A stretch of DNA of 64,000 nucleotides from Xylographa opegraphella. Taxonomy: Eukaryota. Location: the NCBI GenBank assembly GCA_022813865.1, contig JALDZX010000008.1, positions 248,001 through 312,000 on the forward strand, read 5' to 3'. The translations under genes and the position numbers were made by a program. This document shows, one piece after another, positions 48,232 to 61,131 of the stretch. The notes beneath the pieces are model-generated. The model did not search any database. It worked only from the letters and a program-made list of their open reading frames with translations, and had not been told where the DNA came from. How positions within the stretch are numbered: the first letter of the stretch is position 1; each line of letters opens with the position of its first letter.

Positions 48232-51200
48232 TTAAAGACCAGCTTGGTCCATGTTTCCGGATGTGCCAGGGTTTTCTGGTACAGATTTGTCATTGACAGC
48301 ATCGGTTGTAAGGTTGTTAAGGCGGTTTTGTTCTCGTGAAATGGGATCATCGAACGCATCAGCTCCATGATCTGGCATGGATTTCAAAATCGTAGTGGAC
48401 ACCGCTGCTCGTGGGGAAGGCGTGGTTGAAGAAGCGAAAGCATTTGGTTGAGATTTGGAGAACCAGCCGCCCTTTTCCCACTCGCCGCGCTTGTAGACAC
48501 AGCTTTCACGAGTTGATGTTTGCACAATGCCCAAGAGCAATACACTCAAACGCTTAAAATCGATTGGTTTGAGAATCCAGCCATCAAAGCCGCCATTGAC
48601 ATAGGTTTGACGCTCTTTCTCGACTAAGGAGGCAGACACAGCTAAAATAGGTACTCTGCCATTCAGAGTAGCCCTCCGTGATAAACTGTCGGTGGGATTG
48701 GATTTTTCGTAAGACCTGATCATCTTAGTCGACGTAAGACCATCGACAATGGGCATCTAATGCTCGTCAATATCACAATCCTATAACAATCAGTACTCGA
48801 GCCACTACTAACCTGCATATCCATCAAGACCACGTCAAAAAAGGCCTGATGGTCCCCGTAGGCGCTGGCACATTCTTCACCGTTGATAGTCAAAGATACA
48901 CTGTGGCCAAGCTTCTCCAATCTCTTTTTGATGATCTTGCTATTGATAGGATCATCTTCGGCAACAAGGACATTGAGATGATCTGCGGTAGCAGTCGACA
49001 GTTCTTCAGCAGGTTTGGGTGGGATATCGAAAAGCACGCGCGCTGCACTACGGGAGGACTTCTCTACTTGTGCTGGATTTTGTTCCGCTTTATCAGAAAT
49101 CCGTACAGGCTTGACTGGAGTCTTTGAACCCAATACACTTGCCTGACCAGGTACCAGCTCTCCCGGTGCATGGGAAGACCCTGGATCGTTCGCCGATGAT
49201 GGAGACCTCATTGTGAAAGACCGACTCATCGAAGATTTCCTAAAAAGCTGACTCGAGGGTCGAATCCCTGCCTTACTGGTTGATTTAGTAACACGCGTCT
49301 CTCCGTTATTGTTGTTGGGGACCATCTGTGGCTCTTGCATGGCTTCAATAAGTCGGTCGACATCACTCATTCCACTTGACCCGCTCTTGAAGCTTTTCAT
49401 GCTGCGACCACTGTTCATGCTGTCACCACTGTTCCGTCGAGAAAGGGTGTCCCTGGGTATTCGCTCCGAAGGCTTCTGTGCACTCTTATTTACCAGTGTT
49501 ACTTCACCTTCTTCGACTGGAGGTGTCTGTGGATGATCGGCTGGCGGCCCCAGTCCAGCTTCTTTCACACCTTCCAACATGCTTTGACTGTCTTTCTGAA
49601 CAGCCAGATCAAAGGCAAGTTGGATCACAAAACGAGATCCTTTGCCTTCTTCTGATTTGAGGCGTAGCTGACCGTTCATGTTCCGCACAATACGTGCCAC
49701 AACAGCTAGACCGAGGCCAAGCGTACGCCGATCCAGTTTTCCTGATGTGAGAGCCTTGGCATCCGGAGCCAACTTTTCTTGTAACAACTCATCGCTTTCT
49801 GACTGAACCTGTTCTAAATCCCTGAATAAAGCGTCAAGTTGTTTCGCAGACATTCCAGCTCCAGTGTCTTGAACTACGATGTCAACCTCTGCGCGTTCTT
49901 CGGAGCGTTGAGCAAGCCAAAGCTCTACCTTCACCGACCCGCTCTTCGTATGCTGGATGGCGTTTGCAGTCACATTACAGACTGCTTGCCGAACCTTTCT
50001 CCGGTCTCCTATCACATATTGCGGCACGCCTGGATGTTCTGTGACGCCATAGGAAATCTGTTTCCGCTTCGCATCGCCCGTGAACATGTCGGCGGCTTCT
50101 CTGACAGTGGCCGGGAGATCAAAAACATCATCTTGGGTCAAGTTATTGCCTTCTTCTGTCTTGGTCAAGTCAAGCAGATCGTTAATTACATATATCAGGG
50201 ACTTGGATGCTGAATGGGACTTTGAAAGGTTTTCCCTAGTCTCGGAATCCAATGGCCCTTCCATGGCAATCTCTAAATAGTTGATAATCGCGTTCAATGG
50301 TGTTCGAACCTCATGTGCCGAGTTCGCCAGCAGCAGTCTTGTGAGCTGGCTATTTTGCAGTGCATCTTCCTTCTGTCGCCACACTTCAATGAACTTTCCG
50401 TACACAAGACACAGGACTGCAGCTGTCTCGATCTGCTCTTCAGTCCATTCCCTACATTTTCCAATAACAGTTTCACTCCAAGTTTTGAAACTCTTTCTTG
50501 GTTCCAGATAGCCTTCAGTGCCCTCTTTAACATACTTATCGTACGGGTTACCTGCCCATTTGACTTCTCGCCGTTGCCCTCTGCGGAAGAAGGCAATGAA
50601 ATCGACACCACCGGCCGAGAGTGGTACGAGTAGCAAACCCGCCAGGATAGTGAATCCTGGTGGATACCGTAAATCTGGGAAATCCGTCACAATATCTTGG
50701 GAACTGATGACTGATGTGATTTTACGAACTCGCAAATACTCAAGCATCGCAAGAGCTTCTTGGGTTTCCTCAAGCTTCCCCAGGATTTTGGTCTCATCTC
50801 TGATAGATAACATACCATAATCCGCATCGAACAATTTCAACAAATCGTCGGATGATGCAATAATATAACCAGATGGATTACTTTCTGATGGTGCCGTGTT
50901 GATCAACTTCCTTGCTTGTAGTCGAGAGGCATACGACAGCCTTTCGATGTTTCGCGATGCGGAATCTCCGACTAATCGACACATCTTACGGATCGGAAAG
51001 GACACTCGAGTCCCTTTGGCGCCATAGCAATGACATGCTATCAGGCCCCAAAGTTCGTCGAAGGCGTTAATGGAAATGGACATTGATGCCCGAACACCCA
51101 TGTTTTCAAGATATTTGATGTGCACAGGTGACATCGCACGAAGATAGGCATAGGTCAAATCGAGAGGCGTTTCAAGATCTTCGACGGTCCTACAGACGAG

Positions 51201-52844
51201 TCTTGCGGTCACCAGATCCCGGTCGTAAAGCAAGCGTACCTTGTTAATCTTGTATAGATCCCGGGCCTGCTTAGGAATATCGGATGCCGGAAAGTTAAGT
51301 CCTTTGTAGAGATCTTTCGTCGCCCTTGGATCCACAAGTTCCGTTACTACCCTTCCGTTCCATGACGAGTCGAATTGGTATATCATGACCCTATGAAAGC
51401 CAATCAACTCTTTGACGATACCCACAAGGACCTTGAGGAAAGTCTCTAGGTTTGGCGCGCTGGCAAGTTGCTCCTGTACTTGAGACATGATATTGAAGAC
51501 CTCCATCGCTGCTGCCTCGCCTTTCCGCTTTCTTGCACTCCGAAGGACTCTCAGCGGCCTGCTAGAGTTGGTAGTACTTTCGGCTATCTCATCAGCCGTA
51601 GGATTTGCGTGTAGCGTGTCCTCTGGAGGCTCCGGCGTCTGGGCTCCTGCAGGTACGAGTGGGAACTCCTGATCATCTTCCAATTCAAACTCGCATATGA
51701 TCAGATCCGGGTTGTTCGTGTTAATATGCATGGCGCACCACAGCTTTCGTGTCTTTCGGGTTGAGGATGATCGAACTGCGAGCGTGAAGACCTCTGGTCC
51801 GTTAGTAGCCGGGTCCGCATCTTGATCACGGATGAAATCTAGGTGGTCTAGTAGATTGTCCGCTTGTTCTTCAGAAAGGATGTCCAGAAAACTGTCCAAC
51901 GCAAACAGCTGGTTGGGGGTGTAACCGATTATACGCAACGAATTCTCGCTCACTACCCGAACTGGCAACTTTCCTTCTGCACCGTCGGAGAGGGCAATCA
52001 GAAGTCCAAATCCTTGGACAGCTCCTGGAATGTGTATTGGCTCATCCTCGCATCGCTGCAGTGTATCTCCATCTCGCCCGGTGATGATTGCGTGACCACC
52101 ATCTGTCACGACATGCTGGAATCGTGCTGTCATCAGACCGCTCACGGTGGATTCGGCAATACTCCTAATAGATGTAGCACCGGCGCCCTTCGATGCTGAA
52201 GCACTAAGGACACTGTTAGTGACTTCGCTTTCGGACCCATCGACCGACGCGGTATCGCTCGGTACATATAATCGTCTAGCGGCAGCCGTCCGATCCACTT
52301 CACCATCTGTCGAAGCGGATGACTTCCACGTATCGTTCGGTATTGTCTTTCCCTCATGTGTACTATAACCTCGGCCTGCTGTAGCCTCGGTTGTTCTTCG
52401 CTGAGGCTGCGAAGGGCTGTCAACGACCGATGCTTCGGATACTAGATCGGTCGACACCGATTGTCGACGAGAGCCCTGCCGCCGTCGCGTTGTGATCGAA
52501 TCTGCTGGCATAGCCATGCCGGGAAATCCATCGCCACGATCGGATTTCGGTGCAGGTGTAAATAGAGGCGTTGGCGTCGGATCGACGGATACAACCGATC
52601 TCATAGGAAACACCCGGTCTGTGGCACCAGGACTGAGAGCGCCTGGCGGCTCATGGCTGGATAACAGTGATTGTGGCTCGGTGGTACTGTCCTGTGCGAA
52701 GGAGGTGACGGAGTTATTGTTCGTCTCTGAGTTCCGTAGATGTGGTCGAGGCGACCGCGCAGGCCTTGCGGATCCAGAGGCAGCTCGGGAGTGAGTTGGA
52801 GATCGTGGTGGGGACTCATGGCCGAAAGCATCGTCGGTATTCAT
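48232..52844 (-). CDS. fphA: Fungal phytochrome (PAS-GAF-PHY, histidine kinase, receiver domain)
   Basis: First ATG at 52844. Motifs: bilin-binding Cys in LQRCEDEPIHIPGAVQ, HRVMIYQF, FPASDIPKQAR, LRAMSPVH, LEPRKSF, H-box AHEVRTPL, DTGAGM and LGLGLA. The receiver domain reads VAEDD..LMDMQ|MP (intron 48812-48757). Confidence 0.97.
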
Positions 52845-54011
52845 GTTGGACTCGAGGAGGGCCAGACCACACGTCGCTGGTGCGAGGAGTGCAGTCAAGC
52901 AGTCTTCCGGCACACCCTGATGTGTACCGTTTGTGATCTATTCCACACAAATTCGGGTCAAGCCCAGAGGTTGGGTGGTGCCGATCAGCCCTTTATCTCA
53001 CGGCCATGATCCCCATTCGTGCAAAGGGCTCTTGTAAAGCACTAACGACACGACCTATGATCCGTTCCGGCAGCTGCACATGGACTTTCGCCTGACACTG
53101 AATCCAAGAGTTGAGCCGTCGAACAGAGCACTGAGCACGAAAACGCTATAGCACACGTCGTCTTTCGGGCAAATAATCTCACTGCACTGAAGGCTTCATT
53201 ATGCACACATGTTTTGAGGTGTGGCGTTGCCGGTTTAAGGTTGACGCGATGTGCACTAGCGCACGATCCTCGGCAGGGGGGCGGTGGGTTGATGAAATTG
53301 ATGATGCCTTCAAGCGGTGGAACACAGAAAACCCTCCTCCCCCCCTAGAGGAAGCCCCGCAAGGTGCCACCTAAATTTCCCGTCTCCAATTGTTATCACG
53401 GCCCCGAGTGATTGGCCACCACATTGATTGTTTGCTGTTCGGTTACACGATAGAACACCTCGTCCACGATTCATCGTGCCGAGTGCTTCTGTTTCATGGT
53501 CGACCAAATGCCGTCTTCCATCATGCCATTCCTTACCGAGATCTATCCTACCGAACTTTCTCCATCTGACGCGGATGATGGAGGAAGAATTCCCAGCGCT
53601 AGTGGTATTATCCTACTTGACACTAAGCCCGATGCGATAAATGGGTTGCCCAGGGGCCCGTGGGCTGTCATGAGAAAGCACCGAGGCGTGTTTAACATGT
53701 CTCAACCAACTTAGATAAGGTACCGTTGTTGCAGAAGATTCAAGGGCAAAGTAATGTATATACAACAGCAGCAGTCTATGATATATACAAAGAGATGTCT
53801 ATCTACCACAACAGATGAAAGTTCTATCGAGCTTCTATAGTCTATGCACAGTGCACATGGTCTGAAAAGAGTCCCTTCGGTTGTAAGGCTTCAGATAGAC
53901 ACTGACCGCGCAGTGCTGGAGTCTATATTTGGCACTGCTGGCGACCTCGAGCAGTACCCAAGGAAGCGGACGGCATTGGACTCGGTGGCTGGGTCCTGTC
54001 TGGGAAAACCG

Positions 54012-57000
54012 CTAATACACCTCCAGAACGTACCGTCCGAGGTCCTTCAACCTTTCGATCTCTTTCAGCGTGTCGATCTTCTTGCCGTGCTTTGTCGCTT
54101 CTCTTGCGATCCCTTCCTCGAGCACGTTGGTCACGTCTGGTACGGGCCTGGCAGAGTGTAAGCATGCATCAAGGGCAGCAGGTCCACACGATACTTACCA
54201 CGTAGGTCCACACAGGTAGAAGGACCCTTCCTTCGCCAGATACGCGTCGTTGATATCGCTGAGTGTCTCCCGCATGCGGTCCTGGATGTATATCTTACTT
54301 GCTTGGTCCCGGGAGAACGCACAGCCGAGGAGCGTAATCACGCCAGCATCTTTGTACGCTTCCCACTCCTCGCCATAGCAGTACTCTTCGCGTTTATGTC
54401 GACTGCCCATATAAAGAAGGACCGGGCCGATCTCGATTCCGTGCGCCATTTCCCAGGCACGGTGCTGGACGAAAGCACGGAAAGGGGCGAGACCTGTGCC
54501 GAGCCCGGCCATGATAAGCGGATCGGTAGACTTCGCCGGCAGCTTCATGACCGACGGCTTGACACTGACCGTCACCGTAGCTCCGGGCCGAAGTTTGTTG
54601 AGGTATCGTGTGGCCTGTCCAAATCGGTTGCGGCCCTTGGGGTCCACCCAGTCGACTGTGACTATCATCAGAGCTACCGCGGTCGGAGTGACCTTCTGAC
54701 ACGACGCAATCGAGTATTCTCGCCGCTTCATGGGGCTGACGATGCGTACAAGGTCATGGAATGAGGGTTTGGCCGAGGAAAATTCCGCTAGAACATCAGC
54801 AAAGGTAATGGTGTCGACTTCGGCCCGTCGTTTAAAGTCATTCATTCCCTCCAGACCAGCTAGACTCAGAAGGTTCTTCTTCTCCACAGGATCCTCCGCA
54901 AATTCAGCAAGAGATTCGTAAAATCGCTTGGGTGGCCGTCCAAAGATATCCACGTTCTGCATTAGTGCCTGGTAGACTGTACGATTCTCGAGCACTTCTA
55001 CATCTTCTCGACTTGGTACCTCGACTATTTCTTCAGGATTCAGTCCATAATAGTCTATAAAGTCTTGTACTTCTTTTTCGTCGTTGTGAGCGTGAACACC
55101 CAAAGCTTCACCAATTTCGTACTTCAGTCCCGAAGTACCGAGATCGAACTCGATATGAAAAATATTCCGGTCATAGGTTGAAGGGGTAAGGCGGCGGTTC
55201 TCCTGAACACGAACAGTGTAGGTCTTGACCGGTAAATCTGGCCGCAATGCCGGGGCTGACCCAAATGCCTCTTTAAATGCCAATCCCTTTGCTACTACTT
55301 GCCAGCTCTTTAGAAAGGTCGGCGGCTCTAGCTCAACCCTGTCAAACGATATGAAGCTATTTGACATGATGTCAACTGGAAGTGAAGGTAGCCCCTGCTC
55401 TTCTTCAAGCACCGCCCAGCTTTGAGGAATTTCGATATCTCGCAAAGCTTTTACAAGGTTTTCTGCAAGTGTATCGACGATCTCTTTGTTTCCATTGATA
55501 TCGGCCAACTTCTGCTTTAAAACCGGCTCAAAGTTAGATCTCAGAAGACGTATGAAGGCAAGCTGAACCAAGGAAGTTTCCAGGCTGGCATCATGGACAA
55601 CAGTCTCTATCGCCATAGGATCAAGAATGAAGAATTTCGCCTTCTTGCTTGTAAGCGCTTTTCGGAAATTTACAGGCAGCTTCTTTTCCACGTCATCGTC
55701 CTTGACACCTGGAAGTCTTAGGATTATCTTGCCTTCAGTTTTAATGCTGTTGAGGATATCAAGTTGGTTCAATAAACTCTCATCGCCAATGTATATCATA
55801 TCTGCAGCATCCACGGCATATGGTGCGTCCACAGTTTTTTTGGAGGTACGAACATCGATTCTATTCACACCACCCTGTAGCAGATTGTCGTGTGTGGTCT
55901 TGACCGTTATGTTGTTACTTGAATTCGTCGACAATGCTTGACCGATCACAATAGCTGCATTGCCCGATGTGGATCCATCGAGATTCCAAAACGTGAATTG
56001 CTCAACCGATGACGGATCCATTATCCGCAAGCCTTCCTGTGCACTTACATTCTGCGTATCGCCAGTTTGTTGCAGGAAAGGTTTCGGGGATAGAAGCTGG
56101 AATGCCGCCGCAATGGAAATCGGTGTCCACACTTGTTCCCTGGAATACTTCACGTCGATAATGGTAGGTAGTTTTGGCCATTCTTTAGTGAACATAAGGG
56201 CTGCGGCAACATCACCATAAAGGTTCGATCGCACACTCGAATCGGAAACTTCGGTTTGGTTTTTGACTTGTCCGAGGACACCAACATTTTTCACAGACTT
56301 CGGTAGCAGGCGAACAAATTCCTCTTCGACAAATGGTCTGTAAATCCTAACATTGATAACACCGACTTTAGCCCCGTCCCTCTCCAGTGATTGCGCTACC
56401 TGAGAGGCTAAGGACGATTCAATAGATCCAAAAGCTACCAGGACGGACTCGGGAGCAGCATGACCATGGTACTCAAAAGGCCTATAATCCGTGCCAAGCT
56501 CGCTGTTGAATGCGCTTAGCAATTTCGAGACTCTGTTGTCGAGCCCAGAATACTTGTCAGTTAATTCAGAAGCATTTTTCACCAAACTCCGATAGATGTT
56601 TGAAAGTCCATCTTTGTTCAGAACGTCTATGATCCGCGTTGTCTCTGGTCCAACACGAAGGCCATCATAGAGATGGATTGTGGGGACTAGAGATGCAAGG
56701 AGGGTCGCAAACAAGGACATATGCTGTGATTCATGAGCCGAGAAGCTTGAGACCACAGCAAATCCCAGTTCTTCCGCTAAAGAAAGCGCCGAGACGTAAT
56801 CTGTGACCAAGCCCGGTGATTGGCCTCCAACGTAATCGACAGCGGCAATGTGAGCCACAAATGGATTGGTAACAGAGTAAAGCAGTGAGAGCTGATCCAG
56901 GGCTGTTCTCAAATATCGTAAGCTCGAGGACGATGCAATTATCGATTGTGGAATATGTCTCTTTTTCAGGTCAAAGTCGGGCGAGAAGATGTAACCGAGT

Positions 57001-57341
57001 GCGACAGATGCGGCACCAGATCGGATTTGCATTGCCTCCACATTCGTGGGATAGCCATTGGCGTTTGTCTCCCCATCCTTATACCAGGTTTTGACAGCGA
57101 CATCAAGGTCGAAGGTCTCTGGGGAATATGTCCACAATCGATCGGACAAGGTATATGCAACTTGTTGAATGAGAGTTTGAGCAGTAAGGTAGGTAGGTCC
57201 AGATATTTCTTGCAGGACAATCGATTGCCCAAACGGCAGACTTCCGGATTGTTGCACGAAGCTTTTGTAGGGTCTCTCTGGACCTTGAACAGGACCTTCA
57301 CTGGGTGCTGGGTAAGTTGTGTCAATTGCTTTCATAGCCAT
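54012..57341 (-). CDS. MET10: Sulfite reductase [NADPH] flavoprotein (alpha) subunit
   Basis: A PFOR-like N-terminal region precedes the FAD/NADPH module: RRLTPSTYDRNIFHIEFD, RREYSIAS, MAGLGTGLAPFRAF, AFSRDQ..KIYIQD and FYLCGPTW|PVPD (intron 54198-54148). It ends RYVLEVY*. Confidence 0.96.
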
Positions 57342-57547
57342 GATGCCAGACTCCTAAGAAATGCTTTGAAGAACCCGGGAAGGAATCGCTGGACAAACAA
57401 TGTAAAGGCAAAAGAAAAGTCGAATAGACTTACCGGTCTAGGGGCTTAGAAATCACCCTAGAGCTAAAGCCCTCAACGCCTCTCGCGGAATTAAAAAGTA
57501 ATTGGTACAAGTGGCGGATCTGGAAATTGCGTGCTTGGAGGTGACCA

Positions 57548-57585
57548 GATAAGATCCGCTGATTAGATCTTTTAGATAAGATAAA
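57548..57585. promoter_or_regulatory. GATA-site cluster in the MET10/FMP52 divergent promoter
   Basis: GATAAG at 57548, GATTAG at 57561 and GATAAGATAAA at 57575-57585. Confidence 0.35.
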
Positions 57586-57771
57586 CAGCTAGCTCCGAGC
57601 CGTCCCTTGCAAGCAGGCCACTAGGTCAGCGGCCGTCCGGTGCAATCGCTGTCTTGACCATAACAATTGAGAACGGGTTCCCTTGATCTATGCTAGGCAA
57701 CTAGAAAGTTAAATTGTTACGGTCATCTCAAAGATTCACGAACAGTCATCAATAGGGGGTACTATACATCT

Positions 57772-58533
57772 ATGTCGGAACAAGCAATTTCTGCAGCCCT
57801 CGTCGGCTGCACAGGCCTTGTAGTATGTTCACTACTTGATCGGACTTGTATTAAATGGTAGCTAACTACTCCCAAGGGCTCTGGTATCCTATCCACGCTT
57901 CTCACCCTCCCTTCTCATCCATCTATCCACACGCTCAGTCGCCGCTCCCTACCAACTACTTCGCCAGCCGTGACGCCTCTCATCAGTTCCGATACCTCTA
58001 CCTGGCCCGGCAAACTCTCAACGTTGTCTCCCACTCCCAGCATATTCCTTTCCGCTCTCGGCACTACCCGTAGCATTGCCGGCTCCCTCGAAGCGCAACG
58101 AGCGATTGACTATGACCTCAACCTCTCGTTAGCAAAAGCGGCGAAGGAGTCTGGCGTCAAGGTCTACGTTCTCATATCTTCCGCTATGGTATCCTCTTCC
58201 TCTTCCATGCCATATCCGAAAATGAAAGGGGAGCTAGAAGACGCGGTCAAGAAGCTGGATTTCCCGTTCACAGTCATTCTCAAACCGGGACTACTTCTGG
58301 GGTCGCGTAAGGACTCGAGACCTGCTGAGGCAATAGCTAGAGTGATTGGATCAGCACTGGGAAAGCTAAGTAATGGATGGTTGACTGCTCGCTTTGCAGT
58401 GGACGCGGATGTTGTGGCAAAGGCGGCTGTCAGTGCTGGAATGCAATGTCTTGAAGGTAAAAGAGCGGAAGGGCTCTGGATCTTGAACCAAAGCGATATC
58501 ATTAAGCAGGGTAAAACAGAATGGAAAGCTTGA
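57772..58533 (+). CDS. FMP52: Fmp52/TIP30-like NAD(P)-binding Rossmann-fold protein
   Basis: MSEQAISAALVGCTGLV|GSGIL (intron 57823-57876), FLSALGTTR, QRAIDYDLNL, YPKMKGELE and ILKPGLLLGSR. Confidence 0.85.
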
Positions 58534-58765
58534 TCATGACAAAGTGATATCTCGTCATTTGTCAGTTAGCGTTTGATTTTCGCGGAATACCAGGGAGTTG
58601 TCATTAGCAAGGCGTCTATATTACTATGAGATTCACAGCGACGTTCTGCTTATAGAGTCATTGTAAAGTAATTCATCAGCAAAAAAGATTGCAAGATTCC
58701 TTGCAATGATCTCTAATAATTGGTCAATGGATGAAGACTTGCCCAGGATTCGTAGTAGAGTAGCA

Positions 58766-58773
58766 TGACGTCA
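58766..58773. promoter_or_regulatory. CRE (ATF/CREB, AtfA-type) palindrome TGACGTCA
   Basis: Perfect TGACGTCA about 225 bp upstream of the ATG at 58997. Confidence 0.45.
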
Positions 58774-58996
58774 CTGCCCGATGTTTGTCACTTTTTGCGC
58801 TGAACCACATTCATATTGTATTGTGATTAAGCAATAAGTACCATAGTACGTTTCCTCATTCCCGAAAGCTCGTCACTACTTCGTACCTCAAGTACGATAC
58901 AAACACCAGTTAGAACATACAACATCGGCTGAAATCTTCTCGCAACGACAGCCATTTGAGCCGCGATCTCCATTCACTCTGCTCCCATCCATCAAC

Positions 58997-59532
58997 ATGG
59001 CTCTCTCCCTCCGCCTGCGCGCTCTGGTACTCCTCCGCCTGCGCGCTCTGGTACTCCCCCGCCGCACGCCTCTTCCTAGATTATCTCACCCAGCCCATCC
59101 ATTCTCCACCACATCCCGCAGCCTCTACCCGCGCGCCGACTCCCAGCACAAAGATTCCATGAACACGGAAGCGCAGGAATACGCCAAAAGCGGGACGGAC
59201 GTCGACGCCGCCAACCAGGACAATGCCGCTTTCGACCCGAGCAAGACGGACCCCACTGAGCAGAAAGAGGAGGCCGGGAAGGGCAAGGGGGTGAGCGGTC
59301 CTTCTTTTTGCTGTTGGCGTTGATTGCTGTCACGGAGGATTAGCAAACGATGATTCGAGGGACCAGCTGATTTTTGTAGGACTCGAGTAATCCGCTGGAG
59401 GTCAGCCCGGCGAATCCGGAGGTAAGCAAGCAGCGGCCCGAGCAAGAGGGTGGTGCGGAGCAGGCGGCAGGGAGTGGGAGGGAGAGGTCGAGTGGTGGGG
59501 GCAGCCCGGCGAAGGGGAAGAAGACGAGTTAA
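58997..59532 (+). CDS. Small hydrophilic fungal protein with a probable mitochondrial presequence (148 aa)
   Basis: Exons 58997-59290 and 59380-59532. The N-terminus is rich in Arg and Leu, has no acidic residues and ends PFSTTSR. It is followed by EYAKSGTD..AAFDPSKTDP..NPLEVSPANPEVS. Confidence 0.75.
59009..59056 (+). repeat. Perfect 24-bp tandem duplication (LRLRALVL x2)
   Basis: CTCCGCCTGCGCGCTCTGGTACTC occurs twice, in frame. Confidence 0.95.
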
Positions 59533-60260
59533 TAAGGTATTGGGTCCGGTGAGTAATACGTAAATACAGTAAGACGCTGAGGAGCTACTGAGGCGCACGT
59601 GCGGATGTGGGTGCATGGCTGATGGATTGGAGTTTGTCTTCATTTTGCGGCATCAGAGTTTGATGCACGCAGATTATATGCGTTTGGGATGGCAATATCC
59701 AGCCTCACCTTCTGCGAGTGTTTGTTCTTACAGCGCCAGTGGCCATACAGAGAAGCCCATTAGAGCGCTATAACAGGCATTTTAGTACGGTAAGACATTA
59801 TATCACCTGGCTATCGTCGTCTCCAGAACTATTGCGAGGGTTAAAATGTCCCTCCGACGTCTCCACTTTTCTAGTTCCCTCAGCCTAGAAGGCGTACTGA
59901 TCAAAGATGATAATTGGTCATGCTGAATTCACGGCCTGCTGCGGAGCATAAGTTGCGAACATTATGGCTTCACGCACGTTTTCCGTCTGGCATATTAGCA
60001 GTTAGAGCTTCTCCTGAGAAATCAACCGTCTTCCGATCTGCATCCGTGTGCTGTGGATCAGACGCCGAAGCTGCTCTTATAGTATAACTGGAGCTGATAA
60101 ACGGTACCGTGCGCATTCGTACGGATCTTGAAGCTCTATACTCTGAGATATAAGTAACCAAGGTGCCTTCATTACTGTTCTCCCAGTCAATTTGAGTGGG
60201 ATAAGACATTATGATCATCGGGTGGGTTCCAGAAAATGCAACAATCCACCCCAGCTCACA

Positions 60261-61131
60261 TCAACTACTCACCGTCTTCTTGAGCTTCTCTTTGACCTTC
60301 CTCTTCACCTTCTTCTCCCTATTCCGTCGCGTGCGCTTTTCTCGCTCTGCCGCTTCCCTTTCAGCTTTGGACATGCTCAACGCTGCTTTCTTGGCTTTCT
60401 CCAGTACGAGACGCTTTCGGAGGACTATACGCCTCTTCTTACCCGCTTGCTTCTTTCTAGCTGGAACATCGCTCGTCGCGGCAGATAGCTTAGTGGAGCC
60501 TGTGGAAGAGAGTTTGATAGTCCTAACTCTCCAAGACAACTCACAACCGGGCTACGAAAAATCAGTCAGAGTATGTATGCGGTTCGTAGTACCTGTTCGC
60601 ACCCATCGTCGCAGCTGCTCAGCTTGGACGGCCTCGCCGGAAACAGCTGCACTTTCATAGCGGGACTCTTCTTCCACAGTAGCTTTGGTAGTAAAGTAGT
60701 ACGAGTCCGGCCTCCGTGGTTGGATAAATCCCGGTTGGCCGACTTCGGGTGAGGGAGACCTCAGGACGATTCGAGAGGGTTTTGTAGGTTCGGCTTTGCT
60801 AGACAGAGTGCCAATTGTAGATTGAGCGAAGAGACGAAACTCATAGCCATCGTCCTCTCTCTCGTCCGCGTCCGTTTGATCGAGTGCACTTCCACGGGAT
60901 GCCTCTGGTTCCGCTAGAGGCTCCGAGCTCGCTTCTCCAGTTGGGGCCTGGTGCAGACTCTCGTATTGCTGCTTGAGTAGAGCCTTGACGTTTTGGTCTG
61001 GAGACGAGGATCTCGGAGACGTGCTCGTAGAATAGAGATCTTGACGGCGAACACTGCGGTTTGCCGTTAGGACAGAACTGGTTGGATGAGTGGACCGTAG
61101 CGAACCGCTTGGCGTTGGGTACTTCCAACAT
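60261..61131 (-). CDS. DUF2011-like fungal protein with a basic C-terminus
   Basis: Exons 61131-61106, 61053-60603 and 60551-60261 give MLEVPNAKRVRRQDL..YEFRLF..IVLRSPSP..RPDSYYF..AVSGE..W|PGCELSWRV..GKKRRIVLRKR..EKRTRRNREKKVKRK. Confidence 0.75.

Noticed and set aside
48232..57341. Phytochrome adjacent to sulfite reductase as a possible tetrapyrrole-linked cluster
   Set aside because: MET10 is the flavoprotein subunit and no heme oxygenase or siroheme genes are present. Simple adjacency is a sufficient explanation.
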